This document shows, one piece after another, positions 14,109-27,679 of a stretch of 64,000 nucleotides of DNA. The DNA comes from Allosphingosinicella sp. Lineage in GTDB: Bacteria; Pseudomonadota; Alphaproteobacteria; Sphingomonadales; Sphingomonadaceae. A model generated the notes under the pieces. The model did no database searches. It worked only from the letters and a program-made list of their open reading frames with translations, and was not told the DNA's origin. Numbering within the stretch: position 1 is the stretch's first letter; the number at the start of each line of letters is the position of its first letter. The position numbers and the translations under genes are program-made. The DNA lies in NCBI GenBank assembly GCA_036398895.1, contig DASWOC010000026.1, positions 62,293-126,292 of the forward strand, written 5' to 3'.

Positions 14109-14321
14109 CTATTTCAGCTCCGGCTCCAGCAGGCGGTGGAGGTGGACGACGACATATTTCATCTCGGCGTCGTCCACGGTGCGCTGGGCATTGCCGCGCC
14201 AGGCGTCGAGGGCCGAGGCATAATCCGGGTAGAGCCCGACGATGTCGAGGGTGGAGAGGTCGAAGTCGAGGCCCTGCGGGTCCTTGACCCGGCCTCCGAA
14301 GACGAGATGGAGCTTGCTCAT
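14109..14321 (-). CDS. DUF4170-like small protein
   Basis: LHLVFGG...DIVGLYPDYASALDAWRGNAQRTVDDA...LHRLL, recognised as this alphaproteobacterial family. Confidence 0.8.
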   Translation of the reverse strand: MSKLHLVFGGRVKDPQGLDFDLSTLDIVGLYPDYASALDAWRGNAQRTVDDAEMKYVVVHLHRLLEPELK

Positions 14322-14378
14322 GGGCGAGGGCGTCTAGCGGCCATGCCCCGGAAGGCAAGCTTCCGGGGCGAGAGCCTC

Positions 14379-14870
14379 TCAGACATTGCCGCTGCCGGTC
14401 GCCTTGTCCGCGGCGGCGTTCGTCGTCTTCTTGACGGCGCCGGCCGCGCGGTCGCTGAACTCGTCGAGGCGCCGCTTAATACCGTCTTTTGTGAGGCCGA
14501 GCTCATCGAGCTGCTGCTTACCCGACTCGCGCGCCGCGCGGGCGGCGTCCCTGGCGCTGTCGTTGATCCTGCGGCCGACTGCACCGAGCAGCTCCTCCTC
14601 CTTCTGCGTCCTCGGGAGGAGGGCTGCGACGATCGCGCCGAGGGCGAGGCCGCCGGCGACCGCGGCCACCGGATTGGATTCGATGCCCTGGCTGGTCCGC
14701 CGCCCGGCGCTTGCATAGGCCGCTGCGGTCCGCTCGCGGGCGGTCTGATAGGCTTCGGCGGCGCGCTGGCTCGCGGCGGAGAGGCGGCCGCGGTCGCTCG
14801 CTCCGTCGGATCCGGCGCCCTTGCTGTTGGCCGAGGCTTTGGCGGGGCTGTCGTTCGTGGTGGTGCTCAT
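14379..14870 (-). CDS. Hypothetical membrane-anchored protein (YqjD/ElaB-like architecture)
   Basis: Ala-rich coiled N-terminus and an NPVAAVAGGLALGAIVAALLP anchor. Overlaps the upstream gene by 4 nt. Confidence 0.7.
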   Translation of the reverse strand: MSTTTNDSPAKASANSKGAGSDGASDRGRLSAASQRAAEAYQTARERTAAAYASAGRRTSQGIESNPVAAVAGGLALGAIVAALLPRTQKEEELLGAVGRRINDSARDAARAARESGKQQLDELGLTKDGIKRRLDEFSDRAAGAVKKTTNAAADKATGSGNV

Positions 14871-15259
14871 GCGCTTGCTCCTTCGCTGACGATCCCCGCA
14901 GCCACCGGGGCCGTGAGGTCGTAATCCTTGTCGTGAGTGTCGAGACGGGTGACGACGCGGTGGTCATCGTCATCTGAATCGCGGTGGAAGAGGCCGTTCA
15001 GGGCGGATTTGATCGGCCCGCGGGCGAGGAAGAGGGTGAAGGCGGTCAGCGCCGCCGAGACGGCGACGGGCCGCGCCTTCACCGCTTCGACGGCATCGTC
15101 GGCGAACTCGCCCGATCTGTCCTTGACCCCGGACCAGGCATTGCTCGCGATCGTCCCCGGCTTCAGCCGTTCCTGAAGCTCACCTGCGGTGACGATCAGC
15201 CGCCGTCGCGCCCGTTCCGCCTCCTGCTTCGACTGCCTCAGATTGTCGAGGTCGTTCAC
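14867..15259 (-). CDS. Hypothetical protein (DUF3618-like)
   Basis: AERARRRLIVTAGELQERLKPGTIASNAW and one hydrophobic segment. 4-nt overlaps on both sides. Confidence 0.65.
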   Translation of the reverse strand: MNDLDNLRQSKQEAERARRRLIVTAGELQERLKPGTIASNAWSGVKDRSGEFADDAVEAVKARPVAVSAALTAFTLFLARGPIKSALNGLFHRDSDDDDHRVVTRLDTHDKDYDLTAPVAAGIVSEGASA

Positions 15260-15633
15260 GGCATCCGCTCCCCGGCGGCGAGCGCCGCCCGTTCCTCCGC
15301 GTCGCCCGACAGCGCCTTGAGCTTCTCCGCGCCGTAACGGACGAGGAAGAAAGCGATAAGGCCGACGACGGCGGTGACGATCAGGCCCGCCAGCGCCGGC
15401 CCCACATGAAGCGCGAGCTCCAGCGCGAGGCCGACCAGAAGGACGATCAAGGCGGCATTGGCGAGCAGGGCCGCCACGACGAGCGCGACGGCGCCGCTTC
15501 GCGCCCGGCCGACCCGCCGACGCGCGATGGCCCCGTAGAGCTGGGCTTCGGCGCGCGCATAGTCGCGCGCATCCTCCTTCAAGCGGCCGAACAGCTCACC
15601 GATGGAGGGTTCGGGCCTGACCGGCGCGTCCAA
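15256..15633 (-). CDS. YqjE-like ('phage holin family') membrane protein
   Basis: PSIGELFGRLKEDARDYARAEAQL followed by two TM helices. Confidence 0.8.
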   Translation of the reverse strand: MDAPVRPEPSIGELFGRLKEDARDYARAEAQLYGAIARRRVGRARSGAVALVVAALLANAALIVLLVGLALELALHVGPALAGLIVTAVVGLIAFFLVRYGAEKLKALSGDAEERAALAAGERMP

Positions 15634-15635
15634 GC

Positions 15636-16313
15636 TCAGGCTCCCGACTTGCCTGAATCGTTCCGGTCGCCGCTCTGGCCGTCGGGCATTCCGGACTTGA
15701 CCAGCCGGACGAGCGTGAAGCCCACCACGGCGGCCACTCCGATCGCCACGCCGGGGCTCTTGCGGACAGCCTCGCGGACATTGTCGTAAAGCTCGTCCAC
15801 GTCCTTCCCGCGAAGCGAGCCGGCGAAGCCGGAGACTCCGTCCGCGGCCTTGCGGGCATATTCGCCGTAATTGTTGCCGAGCCGCTCGTCGATCGAATCC
15901 GCGGTGTCGGCTACGACCCTGGAAAGCTCTTCCAGAAGGTCGCTGGCGCGGGTCTTGCCGCTGTCGGCGAACTCGCGGACCCGGCCGCCGGCCTGGTCGC
16001 GCAGGGCATAGACCTGGCTTCGCAGCTGATCGGTCACACCGCCGGACTCTCCGCCGCCGCTACCGCCGCCGGTGCTGGCTGTGCCACCGCCGGTCTCGGT
16101 AAGCTCGGTGCCCGCGGCACCTTTCCTGTCGCTGGTCGTCGTCATGGTTCCTCCTCGTGCCGCTGCCATCCCGCCGGTCGCGTCGCCGGTCGCGGCCGCG
16201 CCGATGAAGCCGCCGCCCGATCCCTCATCGCCGCCGGCGCCGCCGTTCGTTTCCATCGCACCGTTGATGATGTGGTCCGTGCCCTCGGGCAGCTCGTCGT
16301 TGCGGGGAGGCAT
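15636..16313 (-). CDS. Hypothetical Gly-rich protein with C-terminal membrane anchor
   Basis: Gly/Thr-rich N-half, a helical region, and VRKSPGVAIGVAAVVGFTLVRLVK (YqjD/ElaB-type tail). Confidence 0.75.
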   Translation of the reverse strand: MPPRNDELPEGTDHIINGAMETNGGAGGDEGSGGGFIGAAATGDATGGMAAARGGTMTTTSDRKGAAGTELTETGGGTASTGGGSGGGESGGVTDQLRSQVYALRDQAGGRVREFADSGKTRASDLLEELSRVVADTADSIDERLGNNYGEYARKAADGVSGFAGSLRGKDVDELYDNVREAVRKSPGVAIGVAAVVGFTLVRLVKSGMPDGQSGDRNDSGKSGA

Positions 16314-16415
16314 AGGCTATCTCCAATTACAGGGTTCGGCCCATGAACCGGCGAGGCCGACCTGTCGTTCCGGCGGCGTGCGACGAAAGTTGCGTCGCCA
16401 GCGCCGCGCCGATAA

Positions 16416-17747
<1,332 letters not shown>

Positions 17748-17780
17748 TTCTCAGGCGATTTGCTGATTCTGTTAACCGCG

Positions 17781-18098
17781 ATGACTGGGGTGGGACGTAA
17801 CTCTTTCGAATTGATCAAGCGGGCGGCTTGGCCGGCCGTCGCTCTGCTCATCATCGCCAACTTCCTCGGCTATGCGATCGGCGGCTCCAACGGCATCCTG
17901 AGCTGGGGCGATTACCGCCGCCAGAAGGTGGAGAGGCAGACTCAGCTCGCAGCCCTTCATGCCGAGCGTGCCCGGCTCGCCCACAGGGCCGAGCTGCTCG
18001 ATCCGCGCCGCGCCGATCCGGACCTCGCCGACGAGCTGGTGCGCCGCGAGCTTGGGCTGGTCCGTCCGGACGAGGTCGTCATCCCGCTGGAAGACTGA
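17781..18098 (+). CDS. ftsB: Septum formation initiator (FtsB/DivIC)
   Basis: One TM segment, a coiled coil and DLADELVRRELGLVRPDEVV. Conserved position after eno. Start probably ATG 17781. Confidence 0.85.
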   Translation: MTGVGRNSFELIKRAAWPAVALLIIANFLGYAIGGSNGILSWGDYRRQKVERQTQLAALHAERARLAHRAELLDPRRADPDLADELVRRELGLVRPDEVVIPLED

Positions 18099-18182
18099 GC
18101 GCCTTTTTCCGCTACGGCACAAAGTTGCGCGGGGCCGCGTTTGCCGCCATAGACCCGCCGTCCAACGCCAGCAGGAAGCCAC

Positions 18183-19250
18183 ATGGCCAAGGCCGCATCG
18201 CCCAAAAGCCAGACCCAACAGCCCGCCTCCGCCGCGCCGCCCGACCATAACCGCCGGCGACCGCCCGGGCCGCAACGCCATCAGGCGAGCCGCGAGGAGC
18301 TTCTCGAATATTACCGCCAGATGCTGCTCATCCGCCGCTTCGAAGAGCGGGCCGGGCAGCTTTACGGCCTCGGCCTGATCGGCGGCTTCTGCCACCTCTA
18401 TATCGGCCAGGAAGCGGTGGCGGTCGGCCTCCAATCGGCGATGGAGCCTGGCAAAGACAGCGTCATCACCGGCTATCGCGACCACGGCCACATGCTCGCC
18501 TACGGCATCGATCCGCGGGTGATCATGGCCGAGCTCACGGGCCGCGCCGCCGGCATCTCCCGCGGCAAGGGCGGCTCGATGCACATGTTCAGCGTCGAGC
18601 ATAAATTCTACGGCGGCCACGGCATCGTCGGCGCCCAGGTGTCCTTGGGCACCGGCCTCGCCTTCAAGCACAAATATGCCGGGGACGGCGGCGTCTGCCT
18701 CGCTTATTTCGGCGACGGCGCCGCCAACCAGGGGCAGGTCTACGAGAGCTTCAACATGGCCGAGCTTTGGAAGCTCCCGATGATCTACGTCATCGAGAAC
18801 AACCAATATGCCATGGGCACCAGCGTCAACCGCGCCTCGGCGGAGGACCAGCTCTACAAGAGGGGTGAGAGCTTCCGGATCCCGGGAATCCAGGTGGACG
18901 GGATGGACGTGCTCGCAGTTCGCGGCGCGGCCACGACGGCGCTGGAATGGGTGAGGGGCGGCAACGGGCCGATCCTGCTTGAGCTGAAGACTTACCGCTA
19001 TCGCGGCCACTCAATGTCCGACCCGGCCAAATATAGGTCGCGAGAGGAAGTGCAGTCGGTGCGGGACAAGTCCGACCCGATCGAGGCGGTGAAGCGCGAG
19101 CTCGCCGCAGCTGGGGTTTCCGAAGAGGAGCTCAAGAAGCTGGACGGGGCGATCAAGCGGATCGTGACCGAGTCCGCTGACTTCGCGGAGCAGTCGCCCG
19201 AGCCGGATGCCGCCGAGCTTTACACTGACGTGCTGGTCGAGACCTACTGA
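18183..19250 (+). CDS. pdhA: Pyruvate dehydrogenase E1 alpha
   Basis: [14 protein letters not shown] motif [12 protein letters not shown]...NN and YRGHSMSDP. Confidence 0.98.
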   Translation: MAKAASPKSQTQQPASAAPPDHNRRRPPGPQRHQASREELLEYYRQMLLIRRFEERAGQLYGLGLIGGFCHLYIGQEAVAVGLQSAMEPGKDSVITGYRDHGHMLAYGIDPRVIMAELTGRAAGISRGKGGSMHMFSVEHKFYGGHGIVGAQVSLGTGLAFKHKYAGDGGVCLAYFGDGAANQGQVYESFNMAELWKLPMIYVIENNQYAMGTSVNRASAEDQLYKRGESFRIPGIQVDGMDVLAVRGAATTALEWVRGGNGPILLELKTYRYRGHSMSDPAKYRSREEVQSVRDKSDPIEAVKRELAAAGVSEEELKKLDGAIKRIVTESADFAEQSPEPDAAELYTDVLVETY

Positions 19251-20653
19251 TGCCGATCGAACTCAAAATGCCCGCTCTCAGCCCCACGATGGAGGAGGGC
19301 ACCCTCGCCAAATGGCTGGTGAAGGAAGGGGACGAGGTGAAGTCCGGCGACATTCTCGCCGAGATCGAGACCGACAAGGCGACGATGGAGTTCGAGGCGG
19401 TCGACGAGGGGGTGATCGCGAAGATCCTTGTTGCCGAGGGCACGGACGAAGTGAAGGTGGGAACCGTCATCGCGGTCCTCACCGCCGACGGCGAGGAAGT
19501 GGGCGCGGGCGCCGCTCACGAAGTCGCAGCGCCGGAGGATAACGGTCAGGCCATTGCCGCCTCGCCGGCCGAGGAGGCGCAGGCCCAGCAATCTACCGTC
19601 GCTGCCCGACCCAAAGAGGGAGAGGCGCCGGCCAGCCTCCAGGTCGAGCCGGAGGTGCCGGAGGGTACGGAGCTGGCCCGCCAGACGGTCCGAGAGGCCC
19701 TTCGCGACGCCATGGCGGAGGAGATGCGCTCCGACGACCGAGTGTTCGTCATGGGCGAGGAGGTCGCCGAATATCAGGGTGCCTATAAGGTGACGCAGGG
19801 CCTGCTCGACGAGTTCGGGCCGGGGCGCGTGATCGACACGCCGATTACCGAATATGGCTTCGCCGGCGTCGGCACGGGCGCGGCGATGGGCGGGCTTCGG
19901 CCGATCATCGAGTTCATGACGTTCAACTTCGCCATGCAGGCAATCGACCACATCATCAATTCGGCCGCGAAGACCAACTACATGTCCGGAGGGCAGATGC
20001 GGTGCCCGATCGTCTTCCGCGGCCCGAACGGCGCCGCGAGCCGGGTCGGAGCGCAGCACAGCCAGAATTTCGGGCCCTGGTACGCCAATGTCCCGGGTCT
20101 CATCGTCATCAGCCCCTATTCGGCCGCCGACGCCAAGGGCCTCCTCAAGGCGGCGATCCGCACCCAAGACCCGGTGGTCTTCCTCGAGAACGAATTGCTC
20201 TACGGCCAGAGCTTCGACGTTCCGAAGCTCGATGATTACGTGCTCCCGATCGGCAAGGCGCGCGTCGCCCGCGAAGGGCGCGACGTGACTCTGGTCAGCT
20301 ATTCGATCGGAGTCGGAGTGGCTCTGGATGCCGCGACGAAGCTGGCGGAGGAGGGGATCGAGGCCGAGGTAATCGACCTTCGAACCCTGCGCCCGCTGGA
20401 CAAGGAGACGGTGCTTCGCTCACTCGCCAAGACCAATCGGATGGTCTGCGTCGAGGAAGGCTGGCCGGTCTGCTCCATTTCCTCGGAGCTCATGGCCGTC
20501 GCCATGGAGGAAGGCTTCGACGACCTCGACGCGCCGGTGATGCGGGTGACGGACGAGGACGTCCCGCTTCCCTATGCGGCAAACCTGGAGCGGCTCGCGC
20601 TCATCACCGTCGACAAGGTGGTCGAGGCGGCTCGAAAGGTCTGCTACCGCTGA
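19250..20653 (+). CDS. pdhB: Pyruvate dehydrogenase E1 beta with N-terminal lipoyl domain
   Basis: [11 protein letters not shown]...ETDKAT (lipoyl Lys), then [17 protein letters not shown] and [11 protein letters not shown]. Confidence 0.98.
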   Translation: MPIELKMPALSPTMEEGTLAKWLVKEGDEVKSGDILAEIETDKATMEFEAVDEGVIAKILVAEGTDEVKVGTVIAVLTADGEEVGAGAAHEVAAPEDNGQAIAASPAEEAQAQQSTVAARPKEGEAPASLQVEPEVPEGTELARQTVREALRDAMAEEMRSDDRVFVMGEEVAEYQGAYKVTQGLLDEFGPGRVIDTPITEYGFAGVGTGAAMGGLRPIIEFMTFNFAMQAIDHIINSAAKTNYMSGGQMRCPIVFRGPNGAASRVGAQHSQNFGPWYANVPGLIVISPYSAADAKGLLKAAIRTQDPVVFLENELLYGQSFDVPKLDDYVLPIGKARVAREGRDVTLVSYSIGVGVALDAATKLAEEGIEAEVIDLRTLRPLDKETVLRSLAKTNRMVCVEEGWPVCSISSELMAVAMEEGFDDLDAPVMRVTDEDVPLPYAANLERLALITVDKVVEAARKVCYR

Positions 20654-21321
20654 GCGAGCCTCCGCTCGACCCCGACCGCATCCTGGCTCTGAGCTACGTG
20701 CCCACGCGCCGACGAGCGGCGGTCGCGGCGCTTTGGCGGCTCGACGTGGCGCTCGGCAACGCCCTTGCCGGCGGGCGGGAGCCGATGATCAGCCGCATCA
20801 AGCTCGCCTGGTGGAGGGAGGCGCTCGAGAAGCTGGACCGCGAGAAGGCGCCGTCCGAACCGGTGCTGCAGGCGCTGGCGGAGCATGTCCTCCCTTTCAG
20901 GGTCACCGGTGCGGAACTCTCCGGCATGGAAGCCGGCTGGGAAATCCTGCTGAGGCCCGATCCGCTGACCAGGGAGGACCTCCGCGATTACGCGCGCGCT
21001 CGTGGAGGCTTGCTCTTCCGGCTGACGGCGCGGCTGCTAGGAGACGAAGAGGAGGCGATGGAAAGCCCCGGCTCCGCCTGGGCGCTGGTCGACCTCGCCA
21101 GGCACAGCGGCAATGAGGCCGACCGGGAGGCGGCGCTCGAGGCTGCGCGAGCCTTCGGCCAGAGGCGCCGCTGGCGGGCTCCATTGAGGCCGCTCGGAAT
21201 GCTGGTGGTGCTCGCCGCCCGTGACGCCGAACCTGCTCGCCCGCAATGGGAGGAGAAGGGTTCGCCCGCACGCATGTGGCGGATGCTTCGACACCGCCTC
21301 ACCGGCTCCAGTCCATTTTGA
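20650..21321 (+). CDS. Squalene/phytoene synthase-family protein (NDUFAF6-like)
   Basis: [10 protein letters not shown] and EPVLQAL. The frame is open upstream of the track's GTG (20698) to a CTG at 20650 that overlaps the pdhB stop. Confidence 0.75.
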   Translation: MSEPPLDPDRILALSYVPTRRRAAVAALWRLDVALGNALAGGREPMISRIKLAWWREALEKLDREKAPSEPVLQALAEHVLPFRVTGAELSGMEAGWEILLRPDPLTREDLRDYARARGGLLFRLTARLLGDEEEAMESPGSAWALVDLARHSGNEADREAALEAARAFGQRRRWRAPLRPLGMLVVLAARDAEPARPQWEEKGSPARMWRMLRHRLTGSSPF

Positions 21322-21387
21322 AATATTCTGCGACCGAAACGGACATTTGCGAAGACTAAGCCTCTCTGACCTTTGGGAGGAGGATCC

Positions 21388-21840
21388 ATGCTCCGTTTCG
21401 CTGCCGGCGTCGCGTCGGCTCTGCTCCTTGTCGTTGGAGGCTTCTTCCTCTGGAAGAGCCGTGCTGAAGCCGAGGATCCCATTCCTCCCGCCCCGAGAGC
21501 CGCCGCCGTAGCGCCCGCCTCGTTCCTGGTCCCGCAAAGGGAGGGCCGCCCGCCGCAGCCGCCCGCGGCCTCCGAGAAGAGCAAGGAAGAGAAGCGCTTC
21601 GCCCGCGCCGACAAGAATGACGACGGCCGGATCACCCTTGCCGAGCTTTACGAGCCCCGGCGCAAGGCTTTCGGAAAGCTGGATACGAACGGCAACGGGA
21701 GCCTGAGCTTCGAGGAATGGGCGGAGAGCACGTCCGAGAAGTTCGCAAAGGCGGACGCTGACCGCTCCGGCTGGCTCACGCCGCGTGAGTATGAGACGAC
21801 GAAGCCGAAGACCCGTCCGAAGCCCAAGTGCAAGTGCTGA
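21388..21840 (+). CDS. EF-hand domain membrane-anchored protein
   Basis: N-terminal TM segment and three EF-hand loops: [36 protein letters not shown]. Confidence 0.85.
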   Translation: MLRFAAGVASALLLVVGGFFLWKSRAEAEDPIPPAPRAAAVAPASFLVPQREGRPPQPPAASEKSKEEKRFARADKNDDGRITLAELYEPRRKAFGKLDTNGNGSLSFEEWAESTSEKFAKADADRSGWLTPREYETTKPKTRPKPKCKC

Positions 21841-23140
21841 TCCACTCCTTCAGCTTCTCCTCCGCGCGCCTCGTATAGAGGCGTTTGCGGGCGGCCTTCT
21901 TCGCCTTGCCTTCGACGGGAGGGAAGAGCCCGAAATTGACGTTCATCGGCTGGTAGGCGTCGGCTTCCGCTCCGCCGGTGATGTGGCCAAGCAAGGCGCC
22001 TAGCGCCGTTTCGGATGGGGGAGGGGGCATCGCCGCTCCCTGCACCTCGGCCGCGGCAAAGCGGCCGGCGAGGAGGCCGATGGCGGCCGATTCCACATAG
22101 CCTTCGCAGCCCGTGATCTGGCCCGCGAAGCGGATGTGCGGCGCCTTCTTCAGGCGCAGCTCCCGGTCGAGAAGCTGGGGCGAGTTGATGAAGGTGTTGC
22201 GGTGGAGGCCTCCAAGGCGGGCGAACTCGGCATTTTCGAGGCCGGAGATGGTGCGGAACAGGCGCACCTGCTCCGCATGCTTCAGCTTGGTCTGGAAGCC
22301 GACCATGTTCCAGAGCGTGCCGAGCGCATTGTCCTGGCGGAGCTGGACGACGGCGTAGGGCCAACGGCCGGTCTTGGGATCGTCGAGGCCGACCGGCTTC
22401 ATCGGCCCGTAGCGAAGCGTGTCGATTCCGCGCTCAGCCATCACCTCGATCGGCATGCAGCCTTCGAAATAGGGCGTGTCCTTCTCCCACTCCCGGAACT
22501 CGGTCTTCTCGCCGTCGAGCAGGCCCTGGTGGAAGGCGAGATACTGCTCCTTGGTCATCGGGCAGTTGATGTAGTCCTTCGTCTCGCCCTTATCCCAGCG
22601 GGACGCCATCCAGGCGACCGACATGTCGATGCTGTCGCGATAGACGATCGGCGCAATGGCGTCGAAGAAGGCGAGCGCATCGGCGCCGGTGGCGCCTCCG
22701 ATCGACTCGGCCAGCGACATAGCGGTCAACGGACCCGTCGCGACGATGGTCAGGCCGGAGGCGGGGAGGGCGTCGACACGCTCCCTTACCAGCTCGATGT
22801 TGGGATGACGGACAAGGCGCTCAGTCACGGAGGCGGAAAAGCCGTCACGATCGACGGCGAGCGCGGAGCCGGCGGGAACTCGGTGCTCGCTTGCCGCAGT
22901 CATGATGATGGAGCCGAGCGCGCGCATCTCCGCATGAAGCAGTCCGACCGCATTGTGCTCCGCGTCGTCGGAGCGGAAGCTGTTGGAGCAGACCAGCTCG
23001 GCAAGCCCATCGGTGTGGTGCGCGGGCGTCATGTCGCCGCCGCCGCGCATCTCGGAGAGGCGCACCTTAACGCCCGCCTGGGCCAGCTGCCACGCAGCCT
23101 CTGAACCCGCGAGGCCGCCGCCGATAATGTGAACTTTCAT
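21776..23140 (-). CDS. trmFO: tRNA m5U54 methyltransferase TrmFO (Gid)
   Basis: [41 protein letters not shown] and [13 protein letters not shown]. Confidence 0.96.
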   Translation of the reverse strand: MKVHIIGGGLAGSEAAWQLAQAGVKVRLSEMRGGGDMTPAHHTDGLAELVCSNSFRSDDAEHNAVGLLHAEMRALGSIIMTAASEHRVPAGSALAVDRDGFSASVTERLVRHPNIELVRERVDALPASGLTIVATGPLTAMSLAESIGGATGADALAFFDAIAPIVYRDSIDMSVAWMASRWDKGETKDYINCPMTKEQYLAFHQGLLDGEKTEFREWEKDTPYFEGCMPIEVMAERGIDTLRYGPMKPVGLDDPKTGRWPYAVVQLRQDNALGTLWNMVGFQTKLKHAEQVRLFRTISGLENAEFARLGGLHRNTFINSPQLLDRELRLKKAPHIRFAGQITGCEGYVESAAIGLLAGRFAAAEVQGAAMPPPPSETALGALLGHITGGAEADAYQPMNVNFGLFPPVEGKAKKAARKRLYTRRAEEKLKEWISTCTWASDGSSASSSHTHAA

Positions 23141-23150
23141 CGGAGGAGCC

Positions 23151-25931
<2,781 letters not shown>

Positions 25932-26018
25932 GGGAGGTTCCTGATTGTCGGTGGGTGCGCCGGAGCGCGTTCATTCTCGAAGCCGGACCCTAGACCAAGG
26001 ACAGGCGGGGCGCCACCC

Positions 26019-26040
26019 CGCGCGCACGTACGCGTACGCG
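26019..26040. other. 22-nt perfect alternating pyrimidine-purine tract in the gyrA upstream region
   Basis: cgcgcgcacgtacgcgtacgcg, flanked by ccaccc and ggtggg. Confidence 0.8.
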
Positions 26041-26246
26041 GGTGGGCCGCTGCACGGTGATAAACCGCAGACAGAAGGAACGATAGGCAAGTCGCTGGAA
26101 TCGGCTCTGTTTTCCGTCAGAAGTGGTTCAAGGGCGGTTCAGCGCGCGGACGCTAGAAACTGTCGTCATTCGGCGGTAGAGCCCGCCCCATATTCCTTTT
26201 CGAACCAGGCCGCTCAGCTTCAGGCGCGGTCAACAGGAGGCACAGC

Positions 26247-27515
26247 ATGAAATCTGTTTCCAGGTTTGCGCTTGGCGTTGCTCTCGTCCTCGGCGGCGCT
26301 TCCGTGGTCGCGACGGCTCCGGCCGAGGCCCAGAAGAAAAAGAAGGGGGAGGCTGCTCCGGCCCCGCAGGGTCCGGTGCTCACGAAAGAGGAGCGCGCCG
26401 CCCTCCTGCCGGTGCAGACGGCGATCACCGCCAAGGATTGGGCAGCCGCCCAGGCCGGAATGCCGGCCGCCATTGCGGCTGCTAAGAGCCCGGGGGGCCG
26501 TTATGCCATCGGCCGCTTTCAGCTTCAGATCGGTCTGGGTTTAAACGATGTCGCGCTGCAGTCGCAGGGCCTCGAGAATCTGATCGCCAGCGGACAGGTG
26601 GAGGCTGCAGACCTTCCGGTGATCCACCGCAACCTGGGCGTGCTCGCGAATAACGCCGGCAACAAGGCGAAGGCGGAGGGTCATTACGTGAAGGCCGTCG
26701 AGCTCGCCCCGAACGATCCGGACACGCTGATCAGCCTCGCCCAGGTCAAGAACGACCTCAAGAAGCCGGTCGAGGCAGTCCAACTCATCTCACGCGCGAT
26801 CGACATCAAGCGGGCCGCAGGTCAGCCGGCCGATGAAAGCTGGTACAAATATGCGCTGAAGCTCGCTTTTGACGGCCGGAAGAATCCGGCTCTTCGCGAA
26901 GCCTCCCAGAAGCTGAGCCGGGATCTGGTCGCCGCCTATCCGACGAAGGAGAATTGGCGGGATTCGGTGCTCATCTTCCGCGACACCAGCGGCCTCGACT
27001 CGGCGGCTGATCTCGACGCGCTGCGCTTCATGCGGGCAAGCGGCGCCCTCGCCGGCGAGCGTGACTGGTACGACCTCGTCGACGGTCTCTTCAAAGCGGG
27101 CAATTATGGCGAGGCCAAAGCCGTCCTCGACGACGGAATCGCCAAGCGGATGATCGATCCCAAGAAAGCTGCGTTCGCCGAACTGGTGCGTCTTACCACC
27201 GCTCGGATGGCGGGCGACCGTGCTTCGCTGGCGGGCGAGCAGACGAAGGCGATGGCGGCGGCCAACGGCGCCCTCGCACTCAAAATCGGCGATGCCTTTT
27301 ACGGTTATGGGGAGCACGCCAAGGCGATTGCCCTCTACCGCGCGGCCCTGACCAAAGGCGGGGTCGACGCCAACCTCGTCAATACCCGGCTCGCCATGGC
27401 CCTTCTTGCCTCGGGCGACCGGGCGGGTGCCGAGGCGGCCTTCCGGTCCTTGACCGGACCGCGCCAAAATCTCGGCGCCTTTTGGATCGCGTGGTTGGCG
27501 CGCAGCGGGGCCTGA
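26247..27515 (+). CDS. Secreted tetratricopeptide-repeat-like protein
   Basis: Signal peptide (...APAEA|QKK) and Ala-rich helical repeats such as AEGHYVKAVELAPND and GEHAKAIALYRAAL. Confidence 0.8.
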   Translation: MKSVSRFALGVALVLGGASVVATAPAEAQKKKKGEAAPAPQGPVLTKEERAALLPVQTAITAKDWAAAQAGMPAAIAAAKSPGGRYAIGRFQLQIGLGLNDVALQSQGLENLIASGQVEAADLPVIHRNLGVLANNAGNKAKAEGHYVKAVELAPNDPDTLISLAQVKNDLKKPVEAVQLISRAIDIKRAAGQPADESWYKYALKLAFDGRKNPALREASQKLSRDLVAAYPTKENWRDSVLIFRDTSGLDSAADLDALRFMRASGALAGERDWYDLVDGLFKAGNYGEAKAVLDDGIAKRMIDPKKAAFAELVRLTTARMAGDRASLAGEQTKAMAAANGALALKIGDAFYGYGEHAKAIALYRAALTKGGVDANLVNTRLAMALLASGDRAGAEAAFRSLTGPRQNLGAFWIAWLARSGA

Positions 27516-27527
27516 TAGGCTATCCTG

Positions 27528-27560
27528 ATCCTCCCCGCGCATCCTGTGCGCGGGGAGGAT
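27528..27560. terminator. Perfect 14-bp hairpin (terminator or REP-like palindrome)
   Basis: atcctccccgcgca-tcctg-tgcgcggggaggat, with no U-tract. Confidence 0.55.
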
Positions 27561-27679
27561 GAGGCCGCTGCGTCCCAATTTGCGACGGGCCGGAATTGAC
27601 GGCTTCCGCGCGCGGAGCGGGTGCGTTAACGATTGCGAAGGGCTGCCCCGCGCCCTTTCAGCGGATCGAGGAACTGGCT

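Noticed and set aside
15256-15633. 'Phage holin' as evidence of a prophage
   Set aside because: It is the YqjE-like cellular family in a conserved operon, and no phage genes are nearby.
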